NCBI GenBank assembly: GCA_015059445.1
Contig: SVAK01000003.1
Location: 55,058-119,057 of the forward strand
Source: Bacillota bacterium
GTDB lineage: Bacteria > Bacillota_I > Bacilli_A > RF39 > UBA660
Length of the DNA stretch: 64,000 bases
Direction of reading: 5' to 3'
Shown: positions 38,897 to 47,920 of the stretch, one piece after another
How positions within the stretch are numbered: the first letter of the stretch is position 1
How the letters are laid out: every line of letters starts with the position of its first letter
The notes under the pieces: generated by a model
Databases searched by the model: none
What the model was told of the DNA's origin: nothing
The model's input: the letters and a program-made list of their open reading frames with translations, nothing else
Translations under genes and position numbers: made by a program

Positions 38897-39397
38897 ATGT
38901 TAAAGAATTATATGGGAGAAGAAAAATATTTAAAAATAAAAAATAGTAGTAATGTTTTTTATAAAGCTTTGGAAATTGTCTCCATATTATTTGAAAATGA
39001 CAAAGATAAAGGCGGATGGCCATATATTTTACATTTAATTTCGGTTTATAAAAAAGTTTCGGAAGAAAATGAAAAAATAATTGCGCTTCTTCACGATGTA
39101 ATTGAAGATAAAAATGTGAGTGAACAAGATTTACTAGATATTGGCTTTTCTAAAGAAATAGTTGAATCTGTCAAATTGATTAGCAAATCGCAAGAAATTA
39201 GTTATGAAGAATATATTCATAATTTAATTATTAATGGTTCTAAACACATTTTGCGAGTGAAAATGGCTGATTTAGAAAATAATATGGATATAAGTAGAAT
39301 TAGTAATGCAGCGGAAAAAGATTATGAACGAATAGAGAAAAAATATAAACCTGCTTATTTAAGAATTAAAAACAGACTAGAAGAAATGGAGAGATAA
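38897..39397 (+). CDS. HD-domain protein, SpoT/Mesh1-like (p)ppGpp hydrolase family
   Basis: It has HLISV...ALLHDVIED, which is an HD His/Asp metal motif. The ATG at 38897 follows GGAGG, and the gene is co-directional and contiguous with serS. Confidence 0.65.
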   Translation: MLKNYMGEEKYLKIKNSSNVFYKALEIVSILFENDKDKGGWPYILHLISVYKKVSEENEKIIALLHDVIEDKNVSEQDLLDIGFSKEIVESVKLISKSQEISYEEYIHNLIINGSKHILRVKMADLENNMDISRISNAAEKDYERIEKKYKPAYLRIKNRLEEMER

Positions 39398-39399
39398 AA

Positions 39400-40692
39400 A
39401 TGATAGATATTAAATTAATAAGAGAAAATAGAGAATTAGTAAAAGAAAATATTAAGAAAAAATTTCAGGATAATAAGTTACCTTTAGTTGACGAAGTATA
39501 TGAACTTGATATTAGATATAGAGAATGTAAGAGTAAAGCAGATAATTTAAGAAGTGAAAAAAATAATTTAAGTGCATCAATTGGTGAATTAATGCGAGAT
39601 GGTAAAAAAGAAGAAGCGATGGCAATAAAAGAAAAAATTGCTTTAATTGCAAAAGAAATACCTGCACTTGAGGAAAAAGAAATAGAATTAGAAACAAAAA
39701 TTAAAGAAAAAATGATGATAATTCCTAATATAATTGCAGCTGATGTACCAGTTGGTAAAGATGATTCTGAAAATGTTGAAGAACAGGTTTTTGGAGAATG
39801 TAAAGTTCCTACATTTGAAATTCCATATCATTCTGATATTATGGCAAAATTTAATGGGTTAGATAAAGAAGCAGCGGGAAGAGTAAGTGGTAATGGTTTT
39901 TACTATTTAATGGGTGATATCGCTCGTCTTCATTCTGCTGTATTAGCATATGCAAGAGATTTTATGATAAACAAAGGATTTACATATTGTATTCCCCCTT
40001 TTATGATTAGATCTGATGCTGTAAATGGTGTAATGTCTTTTGAAGAAAAAGAAAATATGATGTATAAAATAGAAGGAGAAGATTTATATTTAATCGGTAC
40101 TTCTGAACATTCAATGATTGCAAAATTTAAAGATCAAATGTTAAAAGAAAGTGAGTTACCAATAACTATGACTTCATATTCTCCATGTTTTAGAAAAGAA
40201 GTTGGAGCACATGGAATTGAAGAAAGAGGAGTTTATAGAATACATCAATTTGAAAAACAAGAAATGATTGTAGTCTGTAGACCAGAAGAAAGTGATGCCT
40301 GGTATGAAAAAATGTGGAATTATTCAGTTGAATTATTTAGAAGTTTAGATATACCGGTTAGGAAATTAGTTTGTTGTTCTGGAGATTTAGCAGATTTAAA
40401 ATATAGATCATGTGATATAGAGGCTTGGAGTCCAAGACAACAAAAGTTTTTTGAAGTATGTTCTTGTTCTAATTTAACAGATGCTCAAGCAAGGAGACTA
40501 GCGATTAGATATAAAAAAGAAAATGGCGAAAAGGAATTTGCTCATACGCTAAATAATACAGTTATAGCACCGCCAAGAATGTTAATTGCTTTTTTAGAAA
40601 ACAATTTAAATGAAGATGGTAGTGTAAATATTCCAGTTTCTTTAAGACCATATATGGGTGGAATGGATAGAATAGTTATTAATAAAGATTAA
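39400..40692 (+). CDS. serS: Seryl-tRNA synthetase
   Basis: It has an N-terminal coiled coil and a class II core (motif 2 FRKEVGAHGIEERGVYRIHQFEKQE, motif 3 region). 430 aa. Confidence 0.92.
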   Translation: MIDIKLIRENRELVKENIKKKFQDNKLPLVDEVYELDIRYRECKSKADNLRSEKNNLSASIGELMRDGKKEEAMAIKEKIALIAKEIPALEEKEIELETKIKEKMMIIPNIIAADVPVGKDDSENVEEQVFGECKVPTFEIPYHSDIMAKFNGLDKEAAGRVSGNGFYYLMGDIARLHSAVLAYARDFMINKGFTYCIPPFMIRSDAVNGVMSFEEKENMMYKIEGEDLYLIGTSEHSMIAKFKDQMLKESELPITMTSYSPCFRKEVGAHGIEERGVYRIHQFEKQEMIVVCRPEESDAWYEKMWNYSVELFRSLDIPVRKLVCCSGDLADLKYRSCDIEAWSPRQQKFFEVCSCSNLTDAQARRLAIRYKKENGEKEFAHTLNNTVIAPPRMLIAFLENNLNEDGSVNIPVSLRPYMGGMDRIVINKD

Positions 40693-40696
40693 ATTA

Positions 40697-40724
40697 AGGA
40701 GACTTATTAAAAAGTCTCTTTTAT
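40697..40724 (+). terminator. Terminator after serS
   Basis: Stem GAGACTT/AAGTCTC with loop ATTAAA, followed by a T-run. Confidence 0.7.
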
Positions 40725-40904
40725 TTATATGATGGTAACTTGATAAAGAATAATAGTACTATTATAAGAAATTGAGACATTCTCTTTTCACAATAATTTA
40801 AACAGATGCCAGGAAAATATTTAATTTTATAAATAAAAAATGTCGAAAAATATCATAAAAATAGAAGTTTTGACAACGTTTGTCGAATGTATTGAAATGC
40901 ATTT

Positions 40905-41059
40905 TTAAATAGGGTATTATCTAATCAGAAAGCGGGTTTTGGTTGAAATTATCATAAAAATTATTTTCTTTATTTATATGTTTTATCTACCCTAACTTAT
41001 CCCAAAAACAAATCCCGCTTTCAAATTATTATTGAATATGTTAAAATACGGGTTAGGAA
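40905..41059 (+). promoter_or_regulatory. Structured 5' leader of miaB with alternative pairings (candidate cis-regulatory RNA)
   Basis: TAGGGTA(40910-16) pairs with TACCCTA(40988-94). GAAAGCGGGTTTT(40928-40) pairs with AAAtCCCGCTTTC(41010-22), which gives a pseudoknot-like order. CCTAAC(40991-96) can alternatively pair with the RBS segment GTTAGG(41052-57). Confidence 0.35.
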
Positions 41060-41068
41060 GTGGTTTAT

Positions 41069-42481
41069 ATGCATTTGCCAGATTTAAATGTAGCAAAAGA
41101 TAGAACTAGTAAAGAAAATAAATATATTACATTAAATGAAAATTATCAAAGTATTTTTAAAGGTCAAAAATATTTTTTAAGAACTTATGGTTGTCAAATG
41201 AATGTTCATGATAGTGAAGCGATTAGAAGTTATTTGGAAACTTTAGGATATGTTAATACAGAAAGAATTGAAGAGGCTAATATAGTAGTTTTAAATACTT
41301 GTGCAATTAGAGAGAATGCTCGAGATAAAGTAGTTGGTTTTTTAGGGAAATGTAAATATTTGAAAAAAAATAGAGATGATTTTAAAATTGTTTTAGCAGG
41401 GTGCATGTGTGAACAACCAGATTTTGTTGAAACTATTCAACAAAATCATAAATATGTAGATTTAGTAATTGGAACTCATAATATTTACGAATTACCTAAA
41501 TTATTATTAGAACTTAATCAAAAACAAACTATTGAAGTGTATTCTAATAGTGATGAAATAATTGAAGGTATGAATTTTACAAGAGATAGTAAAGTTACTG
41601 CGTGGGTTAATATTATGTATGGATGTGATAAATTTTGTACATACTGTATTGTTCCTTATACAAGGGGAAGAGAGCGTAGTAGAAAATTAGAAGATATCCT
41701 GGAGGAAGTTAAACATTTAAAGATGGATGGTTATAAAGAAGTCACCCTTCTAGGACAAAATGTTAATGCTTATGGTCGAGATATTGGAGAGTCTTTTGCT
41801 AATTTATTAGAACAAGTTGCTAAAATAGGAATTGAAAGAATTCGTTTTGTTACATCTCATCCTTGGAATTTTACTGATGAAATGATTGATATAATAGCTA
41901 AATATGATAATATTATGCCTTATATTCATTTGCCTCTTCAATCTGGAAGCAATGAAATTTTAAAGAAAATGAATAGACGATATACTAAAGAAGAATATTT
42001 AGAATTATTTAATAAAATGAAAGAGCGTATACCAAATGTAGCAATTACCACGGATATCATTGTGGGATTTCCAAATGAAACAGAAGAAGATTTTAAAGAT
42101 ACATTAGAAGTTGTAAAAGCCTGTGAGTATGATGGGGCTTATACATTTATCTTTTCTCCAAGAGCTGGAACTCCAGCTGCTAAAATGAATGACGAAGTTT
42201 CTTTAAAAATAAAGGAAGAAAGATTATATAAATTAAATGAATTAGTAAATTATTATTCTAACAAAAATAATCAAAAATTATTAGGCAAAGTTGTGGATGT
42301 GTTAATTTTGGGTGAAAGTGAAAAAGATAACACTAAAGTTTATGGTTATACAGATACAATGAAGTTAGTTAATGTGGTAGGAAATAAAGAATTAATTGGA
42401 AAAATTGTTAAAGTAAAAATTTTTGAAGCAAAAAGTTTTAGTCTAGATGGTGAATGTGTTGAAGAATTAGCGGTGTCTTAA
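41069..42481 (+). CDS. miaB: tRNA-2-methylthio-N6-dimethylallyladenosine synthase MiaB
   Basis: It has an MTTase N-terminus (FLRTYGCQMNVHDSE), a radical SAM CTYCIVP motif and a C-terminal TRAM domain. The ATG at 41069 follows AGGAAG. Confidence 0.8.
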   Translation: MHLPDLNVAKDRTSKENKYITLNENYQSIFKGQKYFLRTYGCQMNVHDSEAIRSYLETLGYVNTERIEEANIVVLNTCAIRENARDKVVGFLGKCKYLKKNRDDFKIVLAGCMCEQPDFVETIQQNHKYVDLVIGTHNIYELPKLLLELNQKQTIEVYSNSDEIIEGMNFTRDSKVTAWVNIMYGCDKFCTYCIVPYTRGRERSRKLEDILEEVKHLKMDGYKEVTLLGQNVNAYGRDIGESFANLLEQVAKIGIERIRFVTSHPWNFTDEMIDIIAKYDNIMPYIHLPLQSGSNEILKKMNRRYTKEEYLELFNKMKERIPNVAITTDIIVGFPNETEEDFKDTLEVVKACEYDGAYTFIFSPRAGTPAAKMNDEVSLKIKEERLYKLNELVNYYSNKNNQKLLGKVVDVLILGESEKDNTKVYGYTDTMKLVNVVGNKELIGKIVKVKIFEAKSFSLDGECVEELAVS

Positions 42482-42550
42482 GATACTGCTTTTTTGTTTG
42501 AATAAATACTATATATATGATAAATTAGAGTCAATGAGGTGTAGTGAATT

Positions 42551-44278
42551 ATGAATAAAAAGGTTATTAAGTTTTTATGGGAATATTTAAAAGAATATAA
42601 AATTAAATATCTTTTTGGAGCAGTTTTTGTAATTGGGGCTAGTTTAATTAGCATCTTAACCGGATATTTAAATGGATTAAGTGTTGAAAAAATTACGACT
42701 TTTGAATTTAAATTATCAATCCTTGCTTTAATAATTTATTTTATTTTTAACTTAATTCAATCATTATTGAGAAAGGTTAGTAATGTTATTTTCCAAAAGG
42801 TAAGTAATGATGTTATGGAAAAAATAACTTATAATGTTTTTGAAAAGATTGGATTATTACCTGCTAAAGCTTTCGAAGAAAAATCGAGTGGAGAATTAAT
42901 AAATCGAGTTACTGGGGATTCTACTAATATAGTATCCAATTTAAATCAACTTATTTGGATTGGTTCTGACATTGTAGCAATAATAGTAATAGCTATTTAC
43001 ATATTAATTAATTCTTGGGTGATATTTTTAGAAATTGCAATATATTTGATTATTTTCTATTTTTTCACAAAAAAATATATGCCTAAATTAAAAGAAAATC
43101 AAAAAGAAATTAAAAATGAAATTGATAAAACCACTTCTAAAGTTAATGAAGCAATTAGGGGAGTTCGGGAAATTAGAGCATTAGGTATTAGAGAAAAAAT
43201 AAATAAAAGAGTAAAAAAGGATATAGTTGAAGTATTTAAAAAACGTAATGAAACTGTTGATTTTACAGAAAATTATTATGCCATAGTTAGATATATGAAT
43301 GCTACTTTAGAAGCTTTAGTATTTATAAGTTGTATATTTCTATTAATGTATGGTCAAGTAAATTTAACATTTGTTATTGCCATGACTTGGTATATATATC
43401 GTTTTATGCATTTATTTGAATCAATCACAAGCATTTCTACTAGTTTCCAAACTTTAGTCGTTTCAGCAGAAAGAATTTTAGAGCTTTTAAATAACACGTT
43501 ATATAAAGATATGAAGTTTGGAATGGTAAATAAAAAAGTTGAAGGAAATATAATTTTCAAAAATATAAATTTTAGTTATAGTGTTGATGAACCAGAAATT
43601 TTAAAAAATTTTAATTTAGAGATAGAGAAGAATAAAGTTACAGCGTTAGTTGGAAAAAGTGGTGGTGGTAAAACAACTATATTTAATTTATTACTTAGAT
43701 ATTTTGATGTTAATGATGGAGAAATATTAATTGATAGCGTTAATATTAAAGATTTTACAGAGAAATCATTACAGCAAAATACCGCTATAATAAGACAGGA
43801 TCCATTTTTATTTAACTTAACTATATTAGAAAATTTTAGAATTTTGGATGAAAAAGTTAGTTTAAAAAAAGTAAGAGAATATTGTAAAAAAGCAGAAATA
43901 GATGAGTATATTATGAGCCTCCCTAATTCATATGATACTTTAATTGGTGAAGGTGGTATTAATTTATCTGGTGGTCAAAAACAAAGATTAGCAATAGCCA
44001 GAGCGTTGATGAAAGAAAGCAAAATTTTATTATTAGATGAAGCTACAAGTGCCTTAGATAATGTCAACCAAGAAAAAATTAAGAAAGTCATTATGAATTT
44101 AGCTAAAGACCATACCATTATTATAGTAGCTCATCGTTTATCAACAATAATTGATGCCGATTTAATATGCTTTATGGAACAAGGCCAAGTTAAAATACGC
44201 GGTACTCATAAAGAACTTTTAAGAAAATCAAAAGAATATAAAAAACTATATTTGAATGATGAAATAAACGAAATGTAA
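42551..44278 (+). CDS. ABC exporter with fused permease and ATPase (MsbA/Lmr-like)
   Basis: 6-TM N-terminal domain. Walker A is GKSGGGKTT, the signature is LSGGQKQRLAIARAL, and Walker B is ILLLDEATSALD. Confidence 0.85.
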   Translation: MNKKVIKFLWEYLKEYKIKYLFGAVFVIGASLISILTGYLNGLSVEKITTFEFKLSILALIIYFIFNLIQSLLRKVSNVIFQKVSNDVMEKITYNVFEKIGLLPAKAFEEKSSGELINRVTGDSTNIVSNLNQLIWIGSDIVAIIVIAIYILINSWVIFLEIAIYLIIFYFFTKKYMPKLKENQKEIKNEIDKTTSKVNEAIRGVREIRALGIREKINKRVKKDIVEVFKKRNETVDFTENYYAIVRYMNATLEALVFISCIFLLMYGQVNLTFVIAMTWYIYRFMHLFESITSISTSFQTLVVSAERILELLNNTLYKDMKFGMVNKKVEGNIIFKNINFSYSVDEPEILKNFNLEIEKNKVTALVGKSGGGKTTIFNLLLRYFDVNDGEILIDSVNIKDFTEKSLQQNTAIIRQDPFLFNLTILENFRILDEKVSLKKVREYCKKAEIDEYIMSLPNSYDTLIGEGGINLSGGQKQRLAIARALMKESKILLLDEATSALDNVNQEKIKKVIMNLAKDHTIIIVAHRLSTIIDADLICFMEQGQVKIRGTHKELLRKSKEYKKLYLNDEINEM

Positions 44279-44362
44279 ATTGACGAAAATTGACAGTTAT
44301 GGTTACAGTTTGCGTCCAAATTTATCTTATAGTATAATATTAAAGACACGAGAGGTGTATAA

Positions 44363-44863
44363 ATGAAAAAAATTAAAAAAATTTGGGTAGAAAATAAAGT
44401 TTTATTGGTATTGGCCATCATTTTGGTAATTTGTCTACTTATATTTGCGGGTGTAGCAATAACCTATTTTTATGGTTCTAGTGATAATGTATATGGTAAT
44501 AGATTGGACGTTACTAACAATGTCCCTTTAAATGACAAGTTACTGGAAGATATTAAAGAAGAACTTGGAGCTAATGAAAATGTTAAAAGTACTAGTGTTA
44601 GTCTCAAAGGTAAAATAGTATATGTTAATATTAAATATGTGGATGAAACTAAAATGGAAGATGCTAAAAGTATAGCTGAAAAAGTTGTTGAACTATTTAA
44701 TGACGATGAATTAGAAATCTATGACATTCAATTCACAATTAGTACATTATCAACAAGTGAAGTAAATGGGTATACTTTAATGGGAGCAAGAAATGCTAGC
44801 GGTAGTGGTATTGTGATTTGGAATAATTATAATATCGAAGAAGGAAGTAGTGAGTCTGAATAG
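44363..44863 (+). CDS. Hypothetical membrane-anchored protein
   Basis: 166 aa with an N-terminal TM helix. It sits upstream of, and overlaps, the GGDEF-like gene. Confidence 0.45.
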   Translation: MKKIKKIWVENKVLLVLAIILVICLLIFAGVAITYFYGSSDNVYGNRLDVTNNVPLNDKLLEDIKEELGANENVKSTSVSLKGKIVYVNIKYVDETKMEDAKSIAEKVVELFNDDELEIYDIQFTISTLSTSEVNGYTLMGARNASGSGIVIWNNYNIEEGSSESE

Positions 44864-46877
44864 TATGAAAAAGAAAAGATGGATTATATCTTTAATGCTA
44901 ATTGTTTTAGCTTTAGTATTTGTTGGTATAATAACATTTAATATTTTAAGTAATGATAATAAACTGACCAGTGAAGAGAGAACTTGGATAAATGAAAATA
45001 TAAATAATGTTCAAAACATCTATGTTGTAAAAGATGAAAATGCTTTTAGCAGAGATGGTAGCGGTGTATTTTATTCTTTTTTAAATGATTTTAGCGAAGA
45101 ATATGGTATTGAACTTAATATTATTAGTTTTGATAATACTAATACACCGACAGACAATAATTTGAATTATACGAAAAATATTTCTGATAACTCAAAAGTT
45201 TTTTATACTGATCATTATGTCCTAGTTAGTAAAAATCAAGAAATTTTAAATACTAATAAAGATCTAGAAAATAAAACTATTGGAGTTCTTAATAGTGAAC
45301 TAGAGTATATTAAAAGCTATTTAAAAGGAATAAATATAAATTTTAACGGATATGAAACTGAAAAAGAATTATTTGAAGCGGTTAATTCTACAATTAATTA
45401 TATAATATTACCTAGAATTAAATACATAGATCAAATTCTTTCCAATAATTTAGAAATTGTCTATCATTTGAGTGATATAAATAGTTACTATACTTTAAAT
45501 AGTACAGGTGATAGATTTAGCAGCATTTTAAATAAATATTTTACAAAGTGGGCTGATAATATTGATACTTCTTTAAAAAAGGAAGAATTTAAACTATTTA
45601 CTCAATCTCTTACTATAAGTGATAGCGAAATTGATAAATTATTAAGTATTGATTATCGTTATGGCTTTGTTAATAATTCGCCCTATGAAGTTATTATGAG
45701 TGGTAATTATGGAGGAATTATTGCAGAATATTTACAAGAATTTAGTGAATTTTCAGGAGTATATTTTGATATAACCAAATATAAAAATGCTAACAAATTA
45801 ATGAATGCGCTTAATAATGGAAAAGTAGATTTATATTTTGCTTTCAATGATAATATGGAAACAATTTATAAAGAAACAAGTAATGGTATCAATAGTAGTT
45901 TATCAATTCTTACCAGAAGTGAAAGTGATAAAATGATTAATTCTATTTATGGATTGCTGGGAGAAACTGTCTATGTTGAAAATAATAGTAATTTAATGGC
46001 TTATTTGAAAAGTATTGGTAATATAGATATAAAAACATACGAAACTAGCAAAGAATTATTTAAATTAAACAAAGAAAATGAAATCATTGTTATGGATACT
46101 TATATTTATGAGTATTATAGTGACAGTAAATTAAATAATTATGTTAGTAAATATGATACTTACATTAATAATAAATATACTTTTAAAATAAATAGTGATT
46201 ATAATACGTTATATACGTTATTAAATAAATATATTAGTTATTTAGATAATTCTACAATGATTAATCAGGGGATTAATAGTCATATGGAAACTATTAAAAG
46301 TGGTAATGTTTTAAATAGTATTGCGAAATACTTTATAATAAGTATTAGTGCAATATTAATAATTGGTTTAATAGTTTATAAAAATTCGAAAAAGATAAGA
46401 ATAGCTAGAAGAATAAAAAATACTGATAAAATAAGATTTATTGACGAATTAACTTGTTTAAAAAATAGAGCTTATTTAAGTGATTTTATTAAAACTTGGA
46501 GTAATAATACTGTTTATCCCCAAACTATTATTGTAATGGATTTAAATAGATTACAAGAAATAAATGATAAACATGGAGTATTAGAAGGTGATAAACAAAT
46601 TCAAGCTGCTGCTAATGCTTTAATTAAAACACAATTAGATAATAGTGATTTAATGCGTAGTGATGGCAATGAATTTGTAATCTATACAGTTGGATATAGT
46701 CAAAAACAAATTATTAATTATATACATAAATTGAACAAAGAACTCAAGAAAATGCCATATAATTATGGTGCCGAATTTGGTTATAGTATCATTGAAAATA
46801 ATTTAAAGACTATAGAAGATGCTTTAAATGAAGCGGTAGAAGATATGAAAAATAAAAAAGCGAGTGTAAAAGAGTGA
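44850..46877 (+). CDS. Membrane sensor with a degenerate GGDEF domain (SDGNEF)
   Basis: It has an N-terminal TM helix, a large extracytoplasmic region and a second TM helix. The C-terminal GGDEF fold begins DELTCLKNRAYL, but the active-site motif reads RSDGNEF in place of RxGGDEF, and there is no RxxD I-site. Confidence 0.7.
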   Translation: MSLNSMKKKRWIISLMLIVLALVFVGIITFNILSNDNKLTSEERTWINENINNVQNIYVVKDENAFSRDGSGVFYSFLNDFSEEYGIELNIISFDNTNTPTDNNLNYTKNISDNSKVFYTDHYVLVSKNQEILNTNKDLENKTIGVLNSELEYIKSYLKGININFNGYETEKELFEAVNSTINYIILPRIKYIDQILSNNLEIVYHLSDINSYYTLNSTGDRFSSILNKYFTKWADNIDTSLKKEEFKLFTQSLTISDSEIDKLLSIDYRYGFVNNSPYEVIMSGNYGGIIAEYLQEFSEFSGVYFDITKYKNANKLMNALNNGKVDLYFAFNDNMETIYKETSNGINSSLSILTRSESDKMINSIYGLLGETVYVENNSNLMAYLKSIGNIDIKTYETSKELFKLNKENEIIVMDTYIYEYYSDSKLNNYVSKYDTYINNKYTFKINSDYNTLYTLLNKYISYLDNSTMINQGINSHMETIKSGNVLNSIAKYFIISISAILIIGLIVYKNSKKIRIARRIKNTDKIRFIDELTCLKNRAYLSDFIKTWSNNTVYPQTIIVMDLNRLQEINDKHGVLEGDKQIQAAANALIKTQLDNSDLMRSDGNEFVIYTVGYSQKQIINYIHKLNKELKKMPYNYGAEFGYSIIENNLKTIEDALNEAVEDMKNKKASVKE

Positions 46878-47740
46878 AAAAAAGAATAGATAAAGCTAAA
46901 AATACAATAAAAGATTTTTTTGATAATTTTTTTAGAGTTTTAAGAAGGCCAGATATGGTTTTACTTCCAGGTAATCTATCGTTTTTCTTTGTTCTTGCAA
47001 TAATTCCTACACTTGGTTTAATTAGTTATGGAGCCTCTATTTTAAATTTATCAACAGATGTATTATATGATTTTATAGCAGGTTCATTTTCTGCAGAAAT
47101 GGCTGATATAATACTTGGAGTCAATTTAGGGAACAATGTAGGCATTCAATTTGTCATTACACTGATAGTTGGACTTTATGTTGCAAGTAATAGTGCTGAT
47201 GCAATTATTGTTGCTAGTAATACTATTTATCACATTGAAAATAAATCTTGGTTTAAAAGACGATTTAAAGCCATGGGAATATCTTTTTTAATAGTAGTAT
47301 TACTTATATTTATGTTAATAATTCCTGTATTTGGTAATATTATTATAGATTTAATAAAAGAAGTTGATATAGGTGATTTAATAACTACACGTATAATTGC
47401 TGTTATTAATCTATTAAAAGGACCAATTTCGTGGTTGATTATATTTGCATTTATTAGAATTATTTATGCTGTGGCACCAGATAGCAAGCCAAAAAATAGA
47501 GTAATAAATTATGGAGCATTCTTTACTACAGTTGGTTGGATAGTGGGAACTAAAATATATTCAGCTTATGTTACGGGATATGCTGATTATTCAGCTTTAT
47601 ATGGAAGTCTTGCTGGTATAGTAGTGCTTATGATTTGGATTTATTTTTTATCTTATATTTTTACTGTTGGTATTGCTTTAAATAGCCAACAAGATGAAAA
47701 TAATTTGCTAAAAACTGGCACTATAAAAGTAGAAAAATAG
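46874..47740 (+). CDS. yihY: YihY/BrkB-family membrane protein
   Basis: 288 aa, multi-TM, with a GTG start overlapping the upstream stop. The YihY-like topology and conserved LPGNLSFFFVLAIIP region are present. Confidence 0.6.
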   Translation: MKKRIDKAKNTIKDFFDNFFRVLRRPDMVLLPGNLSFFFVLAIIPTLGLISYGASILNLSTDVLYDFIAGSFSAEMADIILGVNLGNNVGIQFVITLIVGLYVASNSADAIIVASNTIYHIENKSWFKRRFKAMGISFLIVVLLIFMLIIPVFGNIIIDLIKEVDIGDLITTRIIAVINLLKGPISWLIIFAFIRIIYAVAPDSKPKNRVINYGAFFTTVGWIVGTKIYSAYVTGYADYSALYGSLAGIVVLMIWIYFLSYIFTVGIALNSQQDENNLLKTGTIKVEK

Positions 47741-47752
47741 TTAAAAATAAAG

Positions 47753-47788
47753 ATATGTACACAGGTATTACTTAGTACATATTTTTAT
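47753..47788 (+). terminator. Terminator after yihY
   Basis: Stem ATATGTAC/GTACATAT with a 14-nt loop, followed by TTTTTATTTTT. Confidence 0.5.
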
Positions 47789-47920
47789 TTTTAATATCAA
47801 TCTAGTATTAATTACTAACGATATTGAAGAGTAATACTTAAAAAGAAACAATCGATGTTTCTTTTTTATTTATTAGTGTACAAATTGATTTTAAATGATA
47901 TAATAAAGTTGAGTGATGAT

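Noticed and set aside
40841-40909. 22-codon ORF (MSKNIIKIEVLTTFVECIEMHF) in the serS-miaB intergenic region
   Set aside because: There is no Shine-Dalgarno sequence upstream, and it overlaps the predicted promoter region of the miaB leader.
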